Origin: an uncultured archaeon
GTDB taxonomy: Archaea; Asgardarchaeota; Jordiarchaeia; Jordiarchaeales; Jordiarchaeaceae
NCBI GenBank assembly: GCA_964510585.1
Contig: CAZECW010000171.1
Span: 1 to 17,669 of the forward strand
Length of the DNA: 17,669 bases
Reading direction: 5' to 3'
Part shown: one piece after another, positions 17,467 through 17,669 of the stretch
Position numbering within the stretch: position 1 is the first letter of the stretch
Layout: each line of letters begins with the position of its first letter
Position numbers and translations under genes: made by a program
The notes under the pieces: generated by a model
What the model saw: the letters and a program-made list of their open reading frames with translations, nothing else
What the model was told of the DNA's origin: nothing
The model's database searches: none

Positions 17467-17659
17467 TTGACACTCTCCGCGACTAAAGTCGGGCGATTCT
17501 TGCTTCTGGCTCATCGGGAGCCTTCGAAGCAATGGGTGTGCCACCACCCAGTTAACACGCCCTTCCCTCAAAGGGAACGGCGTCTATGTTGGCACCCTCA
17601 TGGGGGCTGCGTCTTGTTTAGCCTCCTTGAGCCCAAGCCAAACCCTTCAGCTACCAACA
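17447..17659 (-). ncRNA. Putative TnpB omegaRNA (right-end scaffold plus ~20-nt guide from the MFS flank)
   Basis: Dense base-pairing visible by eye: three-way junction 17587-17659 and hairpins at 17557-17583, 17533-17550, 17500-17532 and 17474-17496. Loop TTTGA is complementary to the terminal TCAA. The position at an IS605-type right end is where omegaRNAs originate. tnpB itself is not in the window. Confidence 0.6.
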
Positions 17660-17669
17660 ACTATTAGTA
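17467..17669 (-). mobile_element. Right end of an IS200/IS605-family element (continues beyond the window)
   Basis: The minus strand ends ...AAGAATCGCCCGACTTTAGTCGCGGAGAGTGTCAA. It shows GAAT (17496-17499) at the 5' foot of a bulged hairpin (CCCGAC-TTTA-GTCG-C-GG), 10 nt of spacer including the terminal TCAA (17467-17470), and a translation ESPDFSRGECQ typical of such ends. GAAT/TCAA is the IS608 right-end guide/cleavage pair. Confidence 0.85.

Noticed and set aside
16672-17571. The 299-aa ORF taken as one intact MFS protein starting at TTG 17571
   Set aside because: Codons 1-35 are IS right-end hairpin sequence, and only about 6 TM helices (a half transporter) follow.
17467-17669. IStron (group I intron fused to an IS605 end) that would splice out and restore the MFS gene
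   Set aside because: The element ends in TCAA, not the terminal G a group I 3' splice site needs, and no intron core is visible. The left end is outside the window, so this is not fully excluded.
17467-17669. tnpB C-terminal coding sequence
   Set aside because: There are stops in all three minus-strand frames and no RuvC-III (DRDxNAA) or zinc-finger motif in view.
1-17669. CRISPR array, tRNA or rRNA genes
   Set aside because: No regularly spaced repeats, cloverleaf with T-loop consensus, or rRNA-like sequence was seen; intergenic gaps are short and AT-rich.

Overview
Archaeal-looking chromosomal window: GGTGA/GGAGG Shine-Dalgarno motifs, TTTA[AT]A TATA boxes, oligo-T tracts after genes, TTG/GTG starts and a short-form DnaK. 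In order it holds: the 3' end of an unidentified CDS, a P2-type cation ATPase with atypical membrane sites, a universal stress protein, a LarA-family (nickel-pincer) racemase/epimerase homologue, an orphan multi-pass membrane protein, HtpX carrying an EF-hand loop, a phytoene-desaturase-like FAD oxidoreductase divergent from an enoyl-CoA hydratase, a COG4742-like wHTH regulator, and a Phr/HSR1-like heat-shock repressor heading grpE-dnaK-dnaJ with a palindromic operator candidate upstream. At the right edge the 299-aa MFS ORF of the track is chimeric. Its first 35 codons are the right end of an IS200/IS605-family element (GAAT guide, bulged hairpin, TCAA terminus) that has split an MFS transporter gene. 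The last ~200 nt fold by eye into a multi-hairpin, possibly pseudoknotted RNA like a TnpB omegaRNA, whose guide would be the MFS flank. The rest of the element, including any tnpA/tnpB, lies beyond the window. No rRNA, tRNA or CRISPR array was seen. All family assignments come from motif reading and recalled family knowledge, not from database searches.
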